Below the pieces are notes generated by a model. It saw only the letters and a list, made by a program, of their open reading frames with translations. It did not search any database and had not been told where the DNA came from. Positions 1 through 9,301 of a stretch of 64,000 nucleotides of DNA are shown here, piece after piece; the stretch's first letter is position 1; every line of letters begins with the position of its first letter. The position numbers and the translations under genes were made by a program. Origin of the DNA: Pseudomonadota bacterium (GTDB taxonomy: Bacteria > Pseudomonadota > Alphaproteobacteria > Rhodobacterales > Rhodobacteraceae); the NCBI GenBank assembly GCA_039177645.1, contig JBCDFS010000003.1, positions 185,693 to 249,692 on the forward strand, read 5' to 3'.

Positions 1-305
1 AGCCGGTCACCAGCTCTGACCTGTTGCTCGTTCTGGACATAGACTTCCGAGACCCGACCGCCGACTTCCGGCAATATTGTGACCGTCCGAAAAATGGGCG
101 TCACATTGGTCGTGGATGGGTGGTAGTAGAATACGATCGTAATGAGAGTGATGGTCAGCAGAACGCAGCCTGTGATCCCCCAGCGTAACTCATACCACAT
201 TGTAAAGAAGGTGATTTCTTTACCCCAGCGCTTGCCCTGGAGATATCTTCTGAGAAGGTAGTCCGGGAAAACCGTCAGGAGAGAACAGAGGAAGAGTTCG
301 ACCAT
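1..305 (-). CDS. HlyD-family membrane fusion/secretion protein, 5' part (runs off window)
   Basis: Manual minus-strand translation from ATG at 305: MVELFLCSLLTVFPDYLLRRY...RWGITGCVLLTITLITIVFYYHPSTTNVTPIFRTVTILPEVGGRVSEVYVQNEQQVRAGD. N-terminal TM followed by the start of a barrel-sandwich/lipoyl half-motif. Confidence 0.8.
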   Translation of the reverse strand, partial: MVELFLCSLLTVFPDYLLRRYLQGKRWGKEITFFTMWYELRWGITGCVLLTITLITIVFYYHPSTTNVTPIFRTVTILPEVGGRVSEVYVQNEQQVRAGDR

Positions 306-309
306 TCTG

Positions 310-750
310 TCAGGTCCCCTGCCCCTGAGGAGATCCTGTTGACGGCAAGTCTACATCTGCGGGCGCGGCTGATCCTGTAAGGGTCGGACGGCTTTCCGGT
401 GGATTATCGCGCTTTTCGATCCGCTCCAGAGAATCCGCGATGGCATTGAGAGGCGTGCTGAAATCAGGCCAACGGACCACTGCGATGAAAAGAGCGATCA
501 CCCAGTAAATGTTGTTGTGCGTAAAGAGCGCGAGCAAGGCCAGGATCGTCACGGCCTGCTGTTGAGTATGGTTGCTTGAATGCGCGAGGCGTTCCGGAAC
601 AGCATGCAATCGCAAATAGAGGTTACCAACGACCAGAAGCAGCCCGATCATCATCCAAACGGTAAAGGTGAACAAACCGTCGCTTCCATCGGGTCCGGGC
701 AGATACCAAGGGATGTGGTGGGGTGCCATGGGATGGATTTCGCCATGCAT
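310..750 (-). CDS. Small membrane protein encoded upstream of the HlyD gene
   Basis: ORF 310..825; likely start ATG at 750 after GAGGAG. Two to three hydrophobic segments and an 'LHAVPERLAH' motif; ends 4 bp before the HlyD start. Confidence 0.65.
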   Translation of the reverse strand: MHGEIHPMAPHHIPWYLPGPDGSDGLFTFTVWMMIGLLLVVGNLYLRLHAVPERLAHSSNHTQQQAVTILALLALFTHNNIYWVIALFIAVVRWPDFSTPLNAIADSLERIEKRDNPPESRPTLTGSAAPADVDLPSTGSPQGQGT

Positions 751-944
751 GGGGCTCTCCTCAACGCTTTGACCCTGGTTTGCTTCCGGGGAGATACCGG
801 GCAGAGCCAGTGCCCGCAATTGCAATTCTCTTCGGTCGCGGCGCGGTGCCCGAACCTAAGATTTGGGTCCGAAGCAGTATGATTCCCGGTTGTGGCCAGC
901 AACCGGCGCGTTAAGACTCGTGCGTCAAATTTAGCGGAAGTTTT

Positions 945-1733
945 ATGGCCCTGACGGTCTGCACCTGGAATATCAATTCCGTTCGTCTCCGAGAGCCGAT
1001 TGTCCTGAGGCTCTTGGCCGAAGAGGCACCGGATATCCTTTGCCTTCAAGAAATCAAATCGCCTGTTGAGAAGATACCGTTGGAGGGCCTCAGAAGCCTG
1101 GGCTACGACCATGCCGTCTGTCGAGGCCAAAAGGGCTATAACGGGGTCGCGATATTCTCCCGCATACCCATTGAAGATGCGGGGAGTAGGGATTTCTGCA
1201 AAAAGGGAGACGCGCGCCATGTAGCGGCGCGGCTTCCTTCTGGGGTGATGCTGCACAATTTCTACGTCCCGGCAGGTGGGGACGTGCCAGACCGGGAAGC
1301 AAACCCGAAGTTCGGTCACAAGCTCGATTTCCTGGAGGAGATGCAGGCTTGGTTTGCCGCAGATCCGCCGAGAAACGCGATCCTCGTCGGCGACCTCAAC
1401 ATCGCACCGCGAGAAGACGATGTCTGGAGCCATAAGCAATTGCTGAAGGTCGTCTCTCACACGCCGATTGAGGTTGAGAGCCTTGCCGCTGTCCAAGCAT
1501 CGGGAGATTGGGTCGACGTGACCCGAAAGGACATCCCGAATGGGAAATTGTATTCCTGGTGGTCCTACAGAAGCCCCGATTGGGACAAAGCCGACAAGGG
1601 GCGGCGGCTCGATCATATCTGGGCGAGCGCCGATCTTGCGCCTTCGACCGGCGGAAGCCGCATAGCGCGGCACGTACGAGGCTGGGAAAAGCCTAGCGAT
1701 CATGCCCCTGTCTTCGCCGAATTCGAGGTCTGA
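945..1733 (+). CDS. xthA: Exodeoxyribonuclease III
   Basis: TWNINS, LQEIK, GDLNIAP, YSWWSY, RLDHIW and SDHAPV motifs of the ExoIII/AP-endonuclease family. Confidence 0.95.
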   Translation: MALTVCTWNINSVRLREPIVLRLLAEEAPDILCLQEIKSPVEKIPLEGLRSLGYDHAVCRGQKGYNGVAIFSRIPIEDAGSRDFCKKGDARHVAARLPSGVMLHNFYVPAGGDVPDREANPKFGHKLDFLEEMQAWFAADPPRNAILVGDLNIAPREDDVWSHKQLLKVVSHTPIEVESLAAVQASGDWVDVTRKDIPNGKLYSWWSYRSPDWDKADKGRRLDHIWASADLAPSTGGSRIARHVRGWEKPSDHAPVFAEFEV

Positions 1734-1737
1734 ACCG

Positions 1738-2484
1738 ATGATCGAGTCTGACATCTCCGGCCATGTCGGCCGCATAACCTTCAACAGGCCCGAGGCTCAC
1801 AATGCTCTGGACCGTGCCGCGATGGGCAAGATCGTCGAGATCTTAAACGACTGGGCGAAGCTTGGTGATCTTCGCGTCGTCATCATTACCGGCAATGGCA
1901 AGAGCTTTTGCGCTGGTGCCTCTCTCGGCGAGGTGGCCTCAGCAGACTGGAACGAAAATCCGCTGACCGTGCTCTGCGATACCATAGAGGAGTTTCCGGT
2001 ACCAACCATCGCAAGGCTCAATGGCGGAGCCTATGGCGGCGGCGTTGAAATTGCTTTGGCTTGCGATTTCCGGGTCGCGGCCTCCGGGGTGAAAGCATTC
2101 TTACCGCCGGCTCGATTGGGCATTCATTACGAGCCTGCGGGTATTCGTCGCGCGATGGACAGGATGGGCGCGCAGGCCGCCCGCCGGATGCTGCTCTTGG
2201 CGGAGCGCTTTGAGGCGGAAGATTTGCTTTCTCTCGGTTTCTTGGATTTCCTCGTCCAAACTGGCGAACTCGATACGAAAGTCGACGAACTCGTCGCCAT
2301 ATTGACAAGCCTTGCGCCAATGGCGGTCAGCGGAATGAAACAGACGATTGTTGCATTGTCCCGAAACGACCTCGACAAAGAGGCAGCACGGGCTCGAATT
2401 GCGGCGTGTTTTGCGTCTGCCGATCACGCTGAAGGTCTCAAGGCGCAGGCGGAGAAACGGCCCCCCGTTTTCGTTGGCAAATGA
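1738..2484 (+). CDS. Enoyl-CoA hydratase/isomerase (crotonase) family protein
   Basis: FNRPEAHNAL, SFCAGA and NGGAYGGGVEIALACDFR motifs; ATG at 1738. Confidence 0.9.
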   Translation: MIESDISGHVGRITFNRPEAHNALDRAAMGKIVEILNDWAKLGDLRVVIITGNGKSFCAGASLGEVASADWNENPLTVLCDTIEEFPVPTIARLNGGAYGGGVEIALACDFRVAASGVKAFLPPARLGIHYEPAGIRRAMDRMGAQAARRMLLLAERFEAEDLLSLGFLDFLVQTGELDTKVDELVAILTSLAPMAVSGMKQTIVALSRNDLDKEAARARIAACFASADHAEGLKAQAEKRPPVFVGK

Positions 2485-3743
2485 TAGAAGATCCGCGCGC
2501 CCTTCTCCGATCCGTCTTCGATGCAGCCATCGCCGCAGCGATGCCGGACAGGTCCGTCGCGGCCTTCTTGCCGGAGAAACCAAAGGGCCGAACGGTTGTG
2601 ATTGGCGCAGGCAAAGGTGCGGCACAACTTGCCCAAGCTTTTGAGCGGCACTGGGATGCCCCACTCGAAGGTGTGATTGTTACGCGCTATGGCTACGCCG
2701 CACCGTGCAATCGGATCGAGGTTTTGGAAGCCGCTCATCCCGAACCCGATGATGCTGGCATCGTTGCCGGTCAGCGTTTGTTGGGCGCGGTCTCGGATTT
2801 GACGGCAGATGATCTTGTTGTCGCGCTCATCTGCGGAGGGGGATCGGCGCTCCTGCCCTCCCCACCAGCCGATCTCAGTCTCGCCGACGAATTGGCAGTC
2901 AACCGTGCCCTCTTGGCCTCGGGAGCACCGATCTCGCAGATGAATGTCCTGCGAAAACATGTTTCTCGCATCAAGGGGGGGCGCCTGGCACAAGCGGCAG
3001 CACCCGCGCGGGTCGTGTCGCTCATCGTTTCCGACATTCCAGGCGACGACCCAGCGATGGTTGCCTCGGGACCAACGGTTCCGGACAGGGCGTCTGTGAA
3101 GGACGCGCACAAAGTCGTTGCCCAATACGCCCTCGACCTGCCCGATGCTGTCCACCAGCATCTTGCAAGTGATGCCTGTATGGCTCCAGACCCGGACCAT
3201 CCAGCCTTCGCCAACAACACGGTTCATGTCATCGCATCGGCCGCTGTCTCGCTAGAAGCCGCACAGAGCGCAGCGCGCAGTTTAGGTCTTGAGGCGGTCA
3301 TCCTTTCGGATGCCATCGAAGGCGAAAGTCGCGATGTGGGTCTGGTTCATGCTGCCATCGCGCGTGAGATTGCTGCCAGAAACCGCCCGTTCCCGAAGCC
3401 GGTTCTATTGCTCTCGGGCGGTGAGACCACGGTCACTCTGCGCCACAAGGGCAAAGGCGGGCGAAACTCCGAGTTTCTGCTCGCCCTCGCGATGGGCATT
3501 GAAGGCATCGAGGGTATCCACGCCCTGGCGGCAGATACGGATGGCATCGACGGCTCGGAAGATAATGCCGGTGGCTATGCGGATGGCGGCACGGCCGGGC
3601 GCATTCGGAACGCCGGGTCAGACCCGCGGGACTTGCTCGTATCGAACAATGCGTGGACAGCCTTGGATAGCGCGGGCGACCTCTTGGTGACCGGACCCAC
3701 GGGAACGAATGTGAACGACTTCCGCGCCATACTCATCCAGTGA
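2481..3743 (+). CDS. Glycerate kinase type 2 / hydroxypyruvate reductase (DUF4147-MOFRL)
   Basis: GAGKGA, ICGGGSALL, SRIKGGRLA, SGGETTV, GGRNSEF, DTDGIDG and TGPTGTNVND motifs. Confidence 0.92.
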   Translation: MIEDPRALLRSVFDAAIAAAMPDRSVAAFLPEKPKGRTVVIGAGKGAAQLAQAFERHWDAPLEGVIVTRYGYAAPCNRIEVLEAAHPEPDDAGIVAGQRLLGAVSDLTADDLVVALICGGGSALLPSPPADLSLADELAVNRALLASGAPISQMNVLRKHVSRIKGGRLAQAAAPARVVSLIVSDIPGDDPAMVASGPTVPDRASVKDAHKVVAQYALDLPDAVHQHLASDACMAPDPDHPAFANNTVHVIASAAVSLEAAQSAARSLGLEAVILSDAIEGESRDVGLVHAAIAREIAARNRPFPKPVLLLSGGETTVTLRHKGKGGRNSEFLLALAMGIEGIEGIHALAADTDGIDGSEDNAGGYADGGTAGRIRNAGSDPRDLLVSNNAWTALDSAGDLLVTGPTGTNVNDFRAILIQ

Positions 3744-3790
3744 CATCAGGGAGAGCCCCACGAAGCTCGCGCCAGGACCTGCTCGTCTCT

Positions 3791-5617
3791 TCACTGGCGA
3801 AGGGGGAGTTTCTCTTTCGCCCGATGGCGACCGATCATAATCGCCGCCATCACGAGACCCACATGGCTGAAGGCCTGAGGAAAATTGCCGAGCATCTCAC
3901 CGCTCTTCGGGTCATACTCTTCCGCAAGCAGACCGAGATCGTTGGCGACCCCAAGCAGCCTTTCGAACAGGGTTTCAGCCTCTTCAATCCGGCCCATGAG
4001 AGCATAAACTTCGACGAGCCAGAACGAGCAGAGAAGAAACGCACCTTCGTGCCCCTCAAGGCCGTCATGTCCATCGGTTTGGTAGCGCAATAAAAACCCG
4101 TCCTTCATGAGTTCGCGCTCGATCGCCGCAACGGTCCCGACGATGCGTGGATCATCCGGTGGCAAGAACCCCACGAGCGGCAGCATCAGAAGGCTCGAAT
4201 CGACAGTTTTGCCACCGTAATACTGCGTGAACGTATCAAGTTCCGCATCGAAGCCCTTCGCGCAGACGTCCGCGTGGACTTCCGCGGCAAGCGCTTGAAG
4301 TTGCACCTCTTCCTCTTCCTTGCCCGATGCTTGCGCGGCCTTTGCCGCATGGTCGAACCCGACCCAGGCCATGACCTTGGAGTAGACAAAATGCTGTTTG
4401 TCGCCCCGGACTTCCCAGATCCCTTCATCTGGCAGACGCCAAGCCTCTGCCAAAAAGCCCATGACTACTTTGCGGTAGGCCTCCTGGCGGTGATGCGGGG
4501 GAAGCCCACGCCGCCTCGCAAGCGCCAGAACATCCGCGACTTCGCCGTAGACATCGAGCTGGAATTGGCCTGCCGCATCGTTTCCGACCCGAACGGGCTT
4601 TGATCCCGCAAAGCCTGGGAGCCAATCCACCTCCCACTCCGTGAGCACGCGTTCGCCGGTTAGGCTATACATGATCTGCAATTGATCAGGCGATCCAGCG
4701 ACCGCGCGGATCAGCCAGTCGCGCCAGGCTTCGGCCTCCCGGCGCAATCCGCATTCAATGAAAGCCTGCAATGTGAACGCACTGTCCCGAAGCCAGCAGA
4801 AGCGATAATCCCAATTTCGAACCCCGCCCATCTCCTCAGGCAGCGATGTCGTCGCGGCAGCGGCAATGCCGCCAGACGGCATATATGTCAACGCTTTGAG
4901 GGTGAGCAGAGACCGGTGAACAGGCTCGTAGAACTTCTTCGGCAGTTTGGGGGGCGTGACGATCCGATCTGTGAATGCGTCCCAATAGGCTCTCGTGGCC
5001 GCCAGGGCTTTCCCGGCATTGGGCGGGATTGGTGGTGTCCCGAAAGACTTGCCATATGCGAGCACGAAATCGTGCACCTCCCCTTCGGCCAGCGTGAATT
5101 GTCCAACCGTATGGAGGTCCTCGCCATGGAGGCTGACGGATGTGTCCAGAACGAAAAGGTCCGGTCCAGCAATGGCATGCCAAGCGCCCTTTCCATCATG
5201 CTCCACCCAAGGCACGGTTCGACCGTAATCCGCGCGAATACAAAGATCGCAATCCATCTCTACGCGCCCATCAAGCCCCTCGACCCGGCGGATGATGGCG
5301 GCGGGCTCATCGGGCATCGACATGAAATCGAGCACCCGAACAGTGCCGCTCGGCAACTCGTAGGTGGTTTCGAGGATCATCGTGAAGGGCTCGTAGCGCC
5401 GGCTCACCTGGGCATCGAGCGTCGGTGCGATCCGCCACCGCCCGTTTTCCCGCGAGCCCAAAAGCGCCGCGAAACAGGCGGGCGAATCGAGCCTCGGCCA
5501 GCACAGCCAATCAATTGATCCCGTGCGGGAGACCAGCGCGCAAGAGCGGCCATCTGCGATAAGCCCGTAGTCTCCAATGGAGCGGACCGGAACGTTCGTG
5601 TTCATAGGCATGTTCAT
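3791..5617 (-). CDS. Glycoside hydrolase family 15 (glucoamylase/trehalase-like)
   Basis: IGDYGLIADG, DWLCWPRLDS, TTSLPE, NWDYRFCWLRD, EGIWEVRG, LLAEEYD and GNFPQAFSH motifs. Confidence 0.93.
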   Translation of the reverse strand: MNMPMNTNVPVRSIGDYGLIADGRSCALVSRTGSIDWLCWPRLDSPACFAALLGSRENGRWRIAPTLDAQVSRRYEPFTMILETTYELPSGTVRVLDFMSMPDEPAAIIRRVEGLDGRVEMDCDLCIRADYGRTVPWVEHDGKGAWHAIAGPDLFVLDTSVSLHGEDLHTVGQFTLAEGEVHDFVLAYGKSFGTPPIPPNAGKALAATRAYWDAFTDRIVTPPKLPKKFYEPVHRSLLTLKALTYMPSGGIAAAATTSLPEEMGGVRNWDYRFCWLRDSAFTLQAFIECGLRREAEAWRDWLIRAVAGSPDQLQIMYSLTGERVLTEWEVDWLPGFAGSKPVRVGNDAAGQFQLDVYGEVADVLALARRRGLPPHHRQEAYRKVVMGFLAEAWRLPDEGIWEVRGDKQHFVYSKVMAWVGFDHAAKAAQASGKEEEEVQLQALAAEVHADVCAKGFDAELDTFTQYYGGKTVDSSLLMLPLVGFLPPDDPRIVGTVAAIERELMKDGFLLRYQTDGHDGLEGHEGAFLLCSFWLVEVYALMGRIEEAETLFERLLGVANDLGLLAEEYDPKSGEMLGNFPQAFSHVGLVMAAIMIGRHRAKEKLPLRQ

Positions 5618-5850
5618 GAGCAGCCTCGTTTTGCCGCACGTTTTCCGATGAAACTTGCGGAAGCGTTACTATCAGGCAAGTCCCTTCATTTGCGATGTCT
5701 CGGAGATGCGCAAAGTGCGATTCGCCTGCGATGGGTTAACAGAGTATGAAAGCGGGGAGTGCTAAAACGCGGTTTTTCGAGGTGGCGGCGCGGAATGACC
5801 TACAAGCCGTTGAACGAAATATATTTTCTCGGATTTCGTCCGATATGGAA

Positions 5851-5879
5851 CCGGTAGGGATCCGGTAGTGTTCTGGTAG
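5851..5879. repeat. Three direct repeats C(C/T)GGTAG at exact 11-bp period
   Basis: CCGGTAG at 5851 and 5862, CTGGTAG at 5873. Confidence 0.7.
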
Positions 5880-6281
5880 TCCTCAATCGCGGCTCAGCAT
5901 CGAAACATGCCCCGGCTCAACGCTCCGACATCCGACATGGTGACACAAGGTTGTTTCCAGTGAATTGACCGAGCGAACTCACGCTTCGCCGGATTTTTCG
6001 ACCTCGTGGGCGAAGCTCTCCGGTCGCTTCGCCATATCCGTTTCGCTGATCTGTGATCTCAGCGAACTGACCCATAGAGCCCAACTCAAACCTCAGTCAG
6101 ACCTAGCAATACTCGCGAGGCGCCTTGTTTTTAGGCGGATAGGGGCGATGACTATCGGCGCCTCGCTTGTGGCGAAGGGACACACTGCTCCAAGTCGCCC
6201 CGAACGACACGCTGAGCGCCCATTAAGGGTCAGTGAGACGGCGGTTACTTAACCCGCCCTCACACCTTCTCGTGCAGGCTC

Positions 6282-6899
6282 TCAGCCCAATGCCTTGGCG
6301 ATGTTGGCGTCCGCTTCGGCTCGGGATTTTTCGGCAGCGGCCGGATCAAAAGCGGTGCCTTCGACATACACTGTTTCGATCTTGGGAATGCCGATAAAGG
6401 TCAGGACGCTTTCGAGATAGGGCTTCAAGAAGTCCATCGACGCCATCGCGCCGCCCACATAGCCGGAAGCGCCGTAAGCTATTGCAAGATAGGCGCATTT
6501 CGGCTGCGCCAATCCGGAAAATCCAGCCGTCGGATCATAGGAAAAGGTCTTTCCGGCTCGGACGAGGTTGTCGACGTAAGCTTTCAGCACTGATGGGGTG
6601 CCAAAATTGTAGACCGGTGTCGCAATCAAGACCTCATCGGCAGATTGAAACTCTTCAATCAACGCGTCTGAGTGCGCCGCAGCTGCGTCCAGAGCAGGGG
6701 TGCGGTCTTCTGGAGCGGTGGTGAAGGCGGCCGTCGAGTCTGCATCCACGTGGGGTGTCGGTGTCTTCGCGAGGTCCCGCGTTACAATTGTGCCGCCTGA
6801 GGTCTTGCTCTTCCAAGCGTCAACAAACTTGTCGGCCAAAGCCCGGGATTGAGAGCCTTGAAAGCGTGCGCTCGCGTCAATTCGGAGGAGTGTCGGCAT
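6282..6899 (-). CDS. azoR: FMN-dependent NADH-azoreductase
   Basis: RIDASAR..GSQSR, ATPVYNFGTPSVLKAYVD, RAGKTFSY and MDFLKPYLESVLTFIGI motifs; ATG at 6899. Confidence 0.9.
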   Translation of the reverse strand: MPTLLRIDASARFQGSQSRALADKFVDAWKSKTSGGTIVTRDLAKTPTPHVDADSTAAFTTAPEDRTPALDAAAAHSDALIEEFQSADEVLIATPVYNFGTPSVLKAYVDNLVRAGKTFSYDPTAGFSGLAQPKCAYLAIAYGASGYVGGAMASMDFLKPYLESVLTFIGIPKIETVYVEGTAFDPAAAEKSRAEADANIAKALG

Positions 6900-7690
6900 C
6901 GTTGAATCTTCTCTCCACATCAGATGAAATATTGCAAATCGCGATAAACGACATTGCATCCAGGTCCAATGATATTGTCGACCAATACGATCAGTTCGGT
7001 CTTTCGTGATGCGCTCCTCATGCATTTGTCTTGGAGCAAATTCACAGCCCTAGATTTCTGAGGCGCCCTCCTGTCCGAGTGTCGGATCTCGCTCGTCCAG
7101 GAGCGCGATTTCCGGTGCTTTGGATACGGGCACCTTTGGGCCAGCGGGCTGTCGCCTCATCGCGGATGTAGGTAAAGGCCTATGATTGTAATGATCATTC
7201 TACAGGGAGAGGAATTGGTGACCGACACAGCCGACAATAGTTATGACAATACCGAAGAACTTGATTCAAGATTCGATCAGGCAAAGCAAAATCCTGCGCG
7301 GTGCCTTATGGTGAGGCGGATACGGGCAATGGCAATCCAGGCCTCGCTTGAGGGGTTGCGACACCCCGAAAAACCCCTCGCTGCGAACGGCTTAAGTCCG
7401 AGGCATGCAGGGCTCCGTCCAGTCGGCGAACCGCACGGCATTACAACAAACTGAAGACGCAAACTCTTTTTTGGGCAGGCTCTCACAGGAACCCGGCGCG
7501 ATATCTGTTCCGAAGACCCGCTGATCCCTTTCGAGAACCAGATGCGCCTTGCGCAGAGAATCTGTCGTTTGGTGCGTCGATCCGTATCACAATGCGAAAC
7601 AAGAACCGCTCAAATGTTGTGCCGTTTCCGGTAGCGTATATCGCTTCATGCCAATAATGAACAATGTGTCAGACTCTCGAAAGCGAGCGC

Positions 7691-8902
7691 ATGCCCATTC
7701 CAACGACGATACTGAATGGTTTTCTGGGTGCGGGAAAAACGACGCTCATGCAGAACCTGCTCGTGCAGGCGCGCAGCGTGCCGGACGTCACGTTGGGCAT
7801 TGTTGTCAACGAAATGAGCACACTCGATGTAGACGGCTCTGTGCTCGATACGAGTGAGGTCATTTCGCGCAGGAGCCCCCATTTCGCCTCGATCCCCGGG
7901 GGAAGCATTAGCAGCGCCGAGGGATTGCCTCGCTTTGCCGAGGCCGCACGGGGCGTCTTGGACGATGGCGCAGTCACCCATCTGCTCATCGAGACGTCAG
8001 GCAGCACGCATCCATGGCCACTTCTGAGCCAAATCAGAGCAATGCCGGAGTTGCAACTCCATGGCTTCCTGACCGTGGTCGATACCGTCGTGCTCTGGCA
8101 AGATCATGATCAAGGCCGGGCCGTCCATGGTTCTGCAAGCAAGAACCTACAAGCTGGGCGGCGCGGCGTCGCAAATCTATTGGCTGAGCAGATCATGTTT
8201 GCCAACCGTGTGCTCTTAAGCAAGAGCGACAGAGTACGGCGCGATGTGTTGCAAAAGGTCGCGGAGGCGGTGCACCCGCTGAATCCCTTTGCCGATATCC
8301 TTGCGATGCAGTGGGGTAATCTCAACCTGGAAAGCGTGCTTAATCTGCCTCTATACGACTATGCGCGTGTCGAAACACTTGGAGCGGAATTGAGCCAATG
8401 GGACAAGGATCACGGATCCTCTTCGATATCCCAACCTGAGAGTTACCAGCTTGGCAGCCGCGTCGTGCGCGACCAGCGCCCGTTTCACCCCCAGCGTCTC
8501 TGGGATGTCTATAACAAGTTCTTGGGAATTGGGATTCATCGCAGCAAGGGATTTTTCTGGCTACCGACCCGAGACAATCTCGTGCTTCTGTGGAATCAGA
8601 CCGCTGGCAGCGTTGGGCTAGAGATCGTCAATTACTGGAAAATCAGCGCACTCGAAGACGACACGCTGAACCTCTCCGCTTGGGAAAGAGAAGCGTTGCG
8701 CGAGAAGCTGACAGAAGGCCATCCAGACTTCGGCGACAGGCGCTGCCAGCTGACCGTGATTGGAGATGAGGCAGAACTCGATGCATTTGTAGAGGCGCTC
8801 GAGACGTGTTTCTGCACGAAAGCCGAGGTTTTGGCATGGCAGAACGGCGAAGACTTTGCAGATCCTTGGCCCAAGAGCGTCAAGAGCCTTAAAGTAGAGT
8901 GA
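7691..8902 (+). CDS. COG0523/CobW-family G3E P-loop GTPase (putative metallochaperone) with CxCC replaced by SxSS
   Basis: NGFLGAGKTT Walker A, VVNEMS, IETSG, LSKSD and CobW_C-like RSKGFFWL...WNQTAG...LTVIG; GGSISS at 7898-7915 where GCICC is expected. Confidence 0.88.
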   Translation: MPIPTTILNGFLGAGKTTLMQNLLVQARSVPDVTLGIVVNEMSTLDVDGSVLDTSEVISRRSPHFASIPGGSISSAEGLPRFAEAARGVLDDGAVTHLLIETSGSTHPWPLLSQIRAMPELQLHGFLTVVDTVVLWQDHDQGRAVHGSASKNLQAGRRGVANLLAEQIMFANRVLLSKSDRVRRDVLQKVAEAVHPLNPFADILAMQWGNLNLESVLNLPLYDYARVETLGAELSQWDKDHGSSSISQPESYQLGSRVVRDQRPFHPQRLWDVYNKFLGIGIHRSKGFFWLPTRDNLVLLWNQTAGSVGLEIVNYWKISALEDDTLNLSAWEREALREKLTEGHPDFGDRRCQLTVIGDEAELDAFVEALETCFCTKAEVLAWQNGEDFADPWPKSVKSLKVE

Positions 8903-8963
8903 GGCCGAGAAAGCCCTATAGATCAGTGAATTGGAGACTGTGTTTCTACGAAAATCGACTTCC

Positions 8964-9195
8964 TAAGAGTCCGATTCAAAACTCGATAAAACATCAAACA
9001 CAGCAATACATAGCGAGACGCTTTTTATGAGGCGGATGTGTGAGTTGTTCATCTAGGGCCCACTTGAGGCGAAGGATTTCTCCCAATCCTCGGCCAGCCG
9101 TCAACAGTGTCGGCACCATGCGAACGTTCGTTCTACAATCCAGCAGAGGGCAAGGACTTCGAAGCCTTTGGCAGCTTCTGTGACGATATCTCTGG
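8964..9195 (-). mobile_element. Decayed IS5-family insertion sequence remnant (transposase C-terminus and right end)
   Basis: Minus frame from 9178 reads [38 protein letters not shown]; after a further stop and frameshift, HIRL..KRLAMYCCV* (stop 8996-8994). Matches the IS5-type 'GFEVLPRRWVVERTFAW..R.RRLAKD' tail. IR-like GAGTCCGATTCAAAA at 8967-8981 is preceded by TAA. Confidence 0.75.
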
Positions 9196-9301
9196 GCGAG
9201 AAAAGCTGACCTTAGCGACAGAGAGCCTCATTCCGCTCCTGCCGCTCGGCGCTCGGCTTGCGAGCCCCAGCGCGTGCTGAGGCTCGGTGGATGGGTTTCC
9301 C

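Noticed and set aside
5781-5805. GTGGCGGCGCGGAATGACC as a possible tRNA 3'-end att remnant
   Set aside because: Lacks a proper TTCGA T-loop and no matching duplicate is present in the window.
7182-7454. 90-aa ORF in the islet spacer
   Set aside because: No recognisable motif and atypical composition; cannot be supported as a gene.
7612-7627. AAATGTTGTGCCGTTT, a possible Zur box upstream of the COG0523 gene
   Set aside because: Four mismatches to the AAATGTTATAACATTT-type palindrome, all in the core; too weak to call.
9070-9120. Minus-strand peptide [16 protein letters not shown] resembling tyrosine-integrase box I
   Set aside because: An overlapping frame gives a much longer and better IS5-transposase match; the integrase-like motif is likely coincidental.
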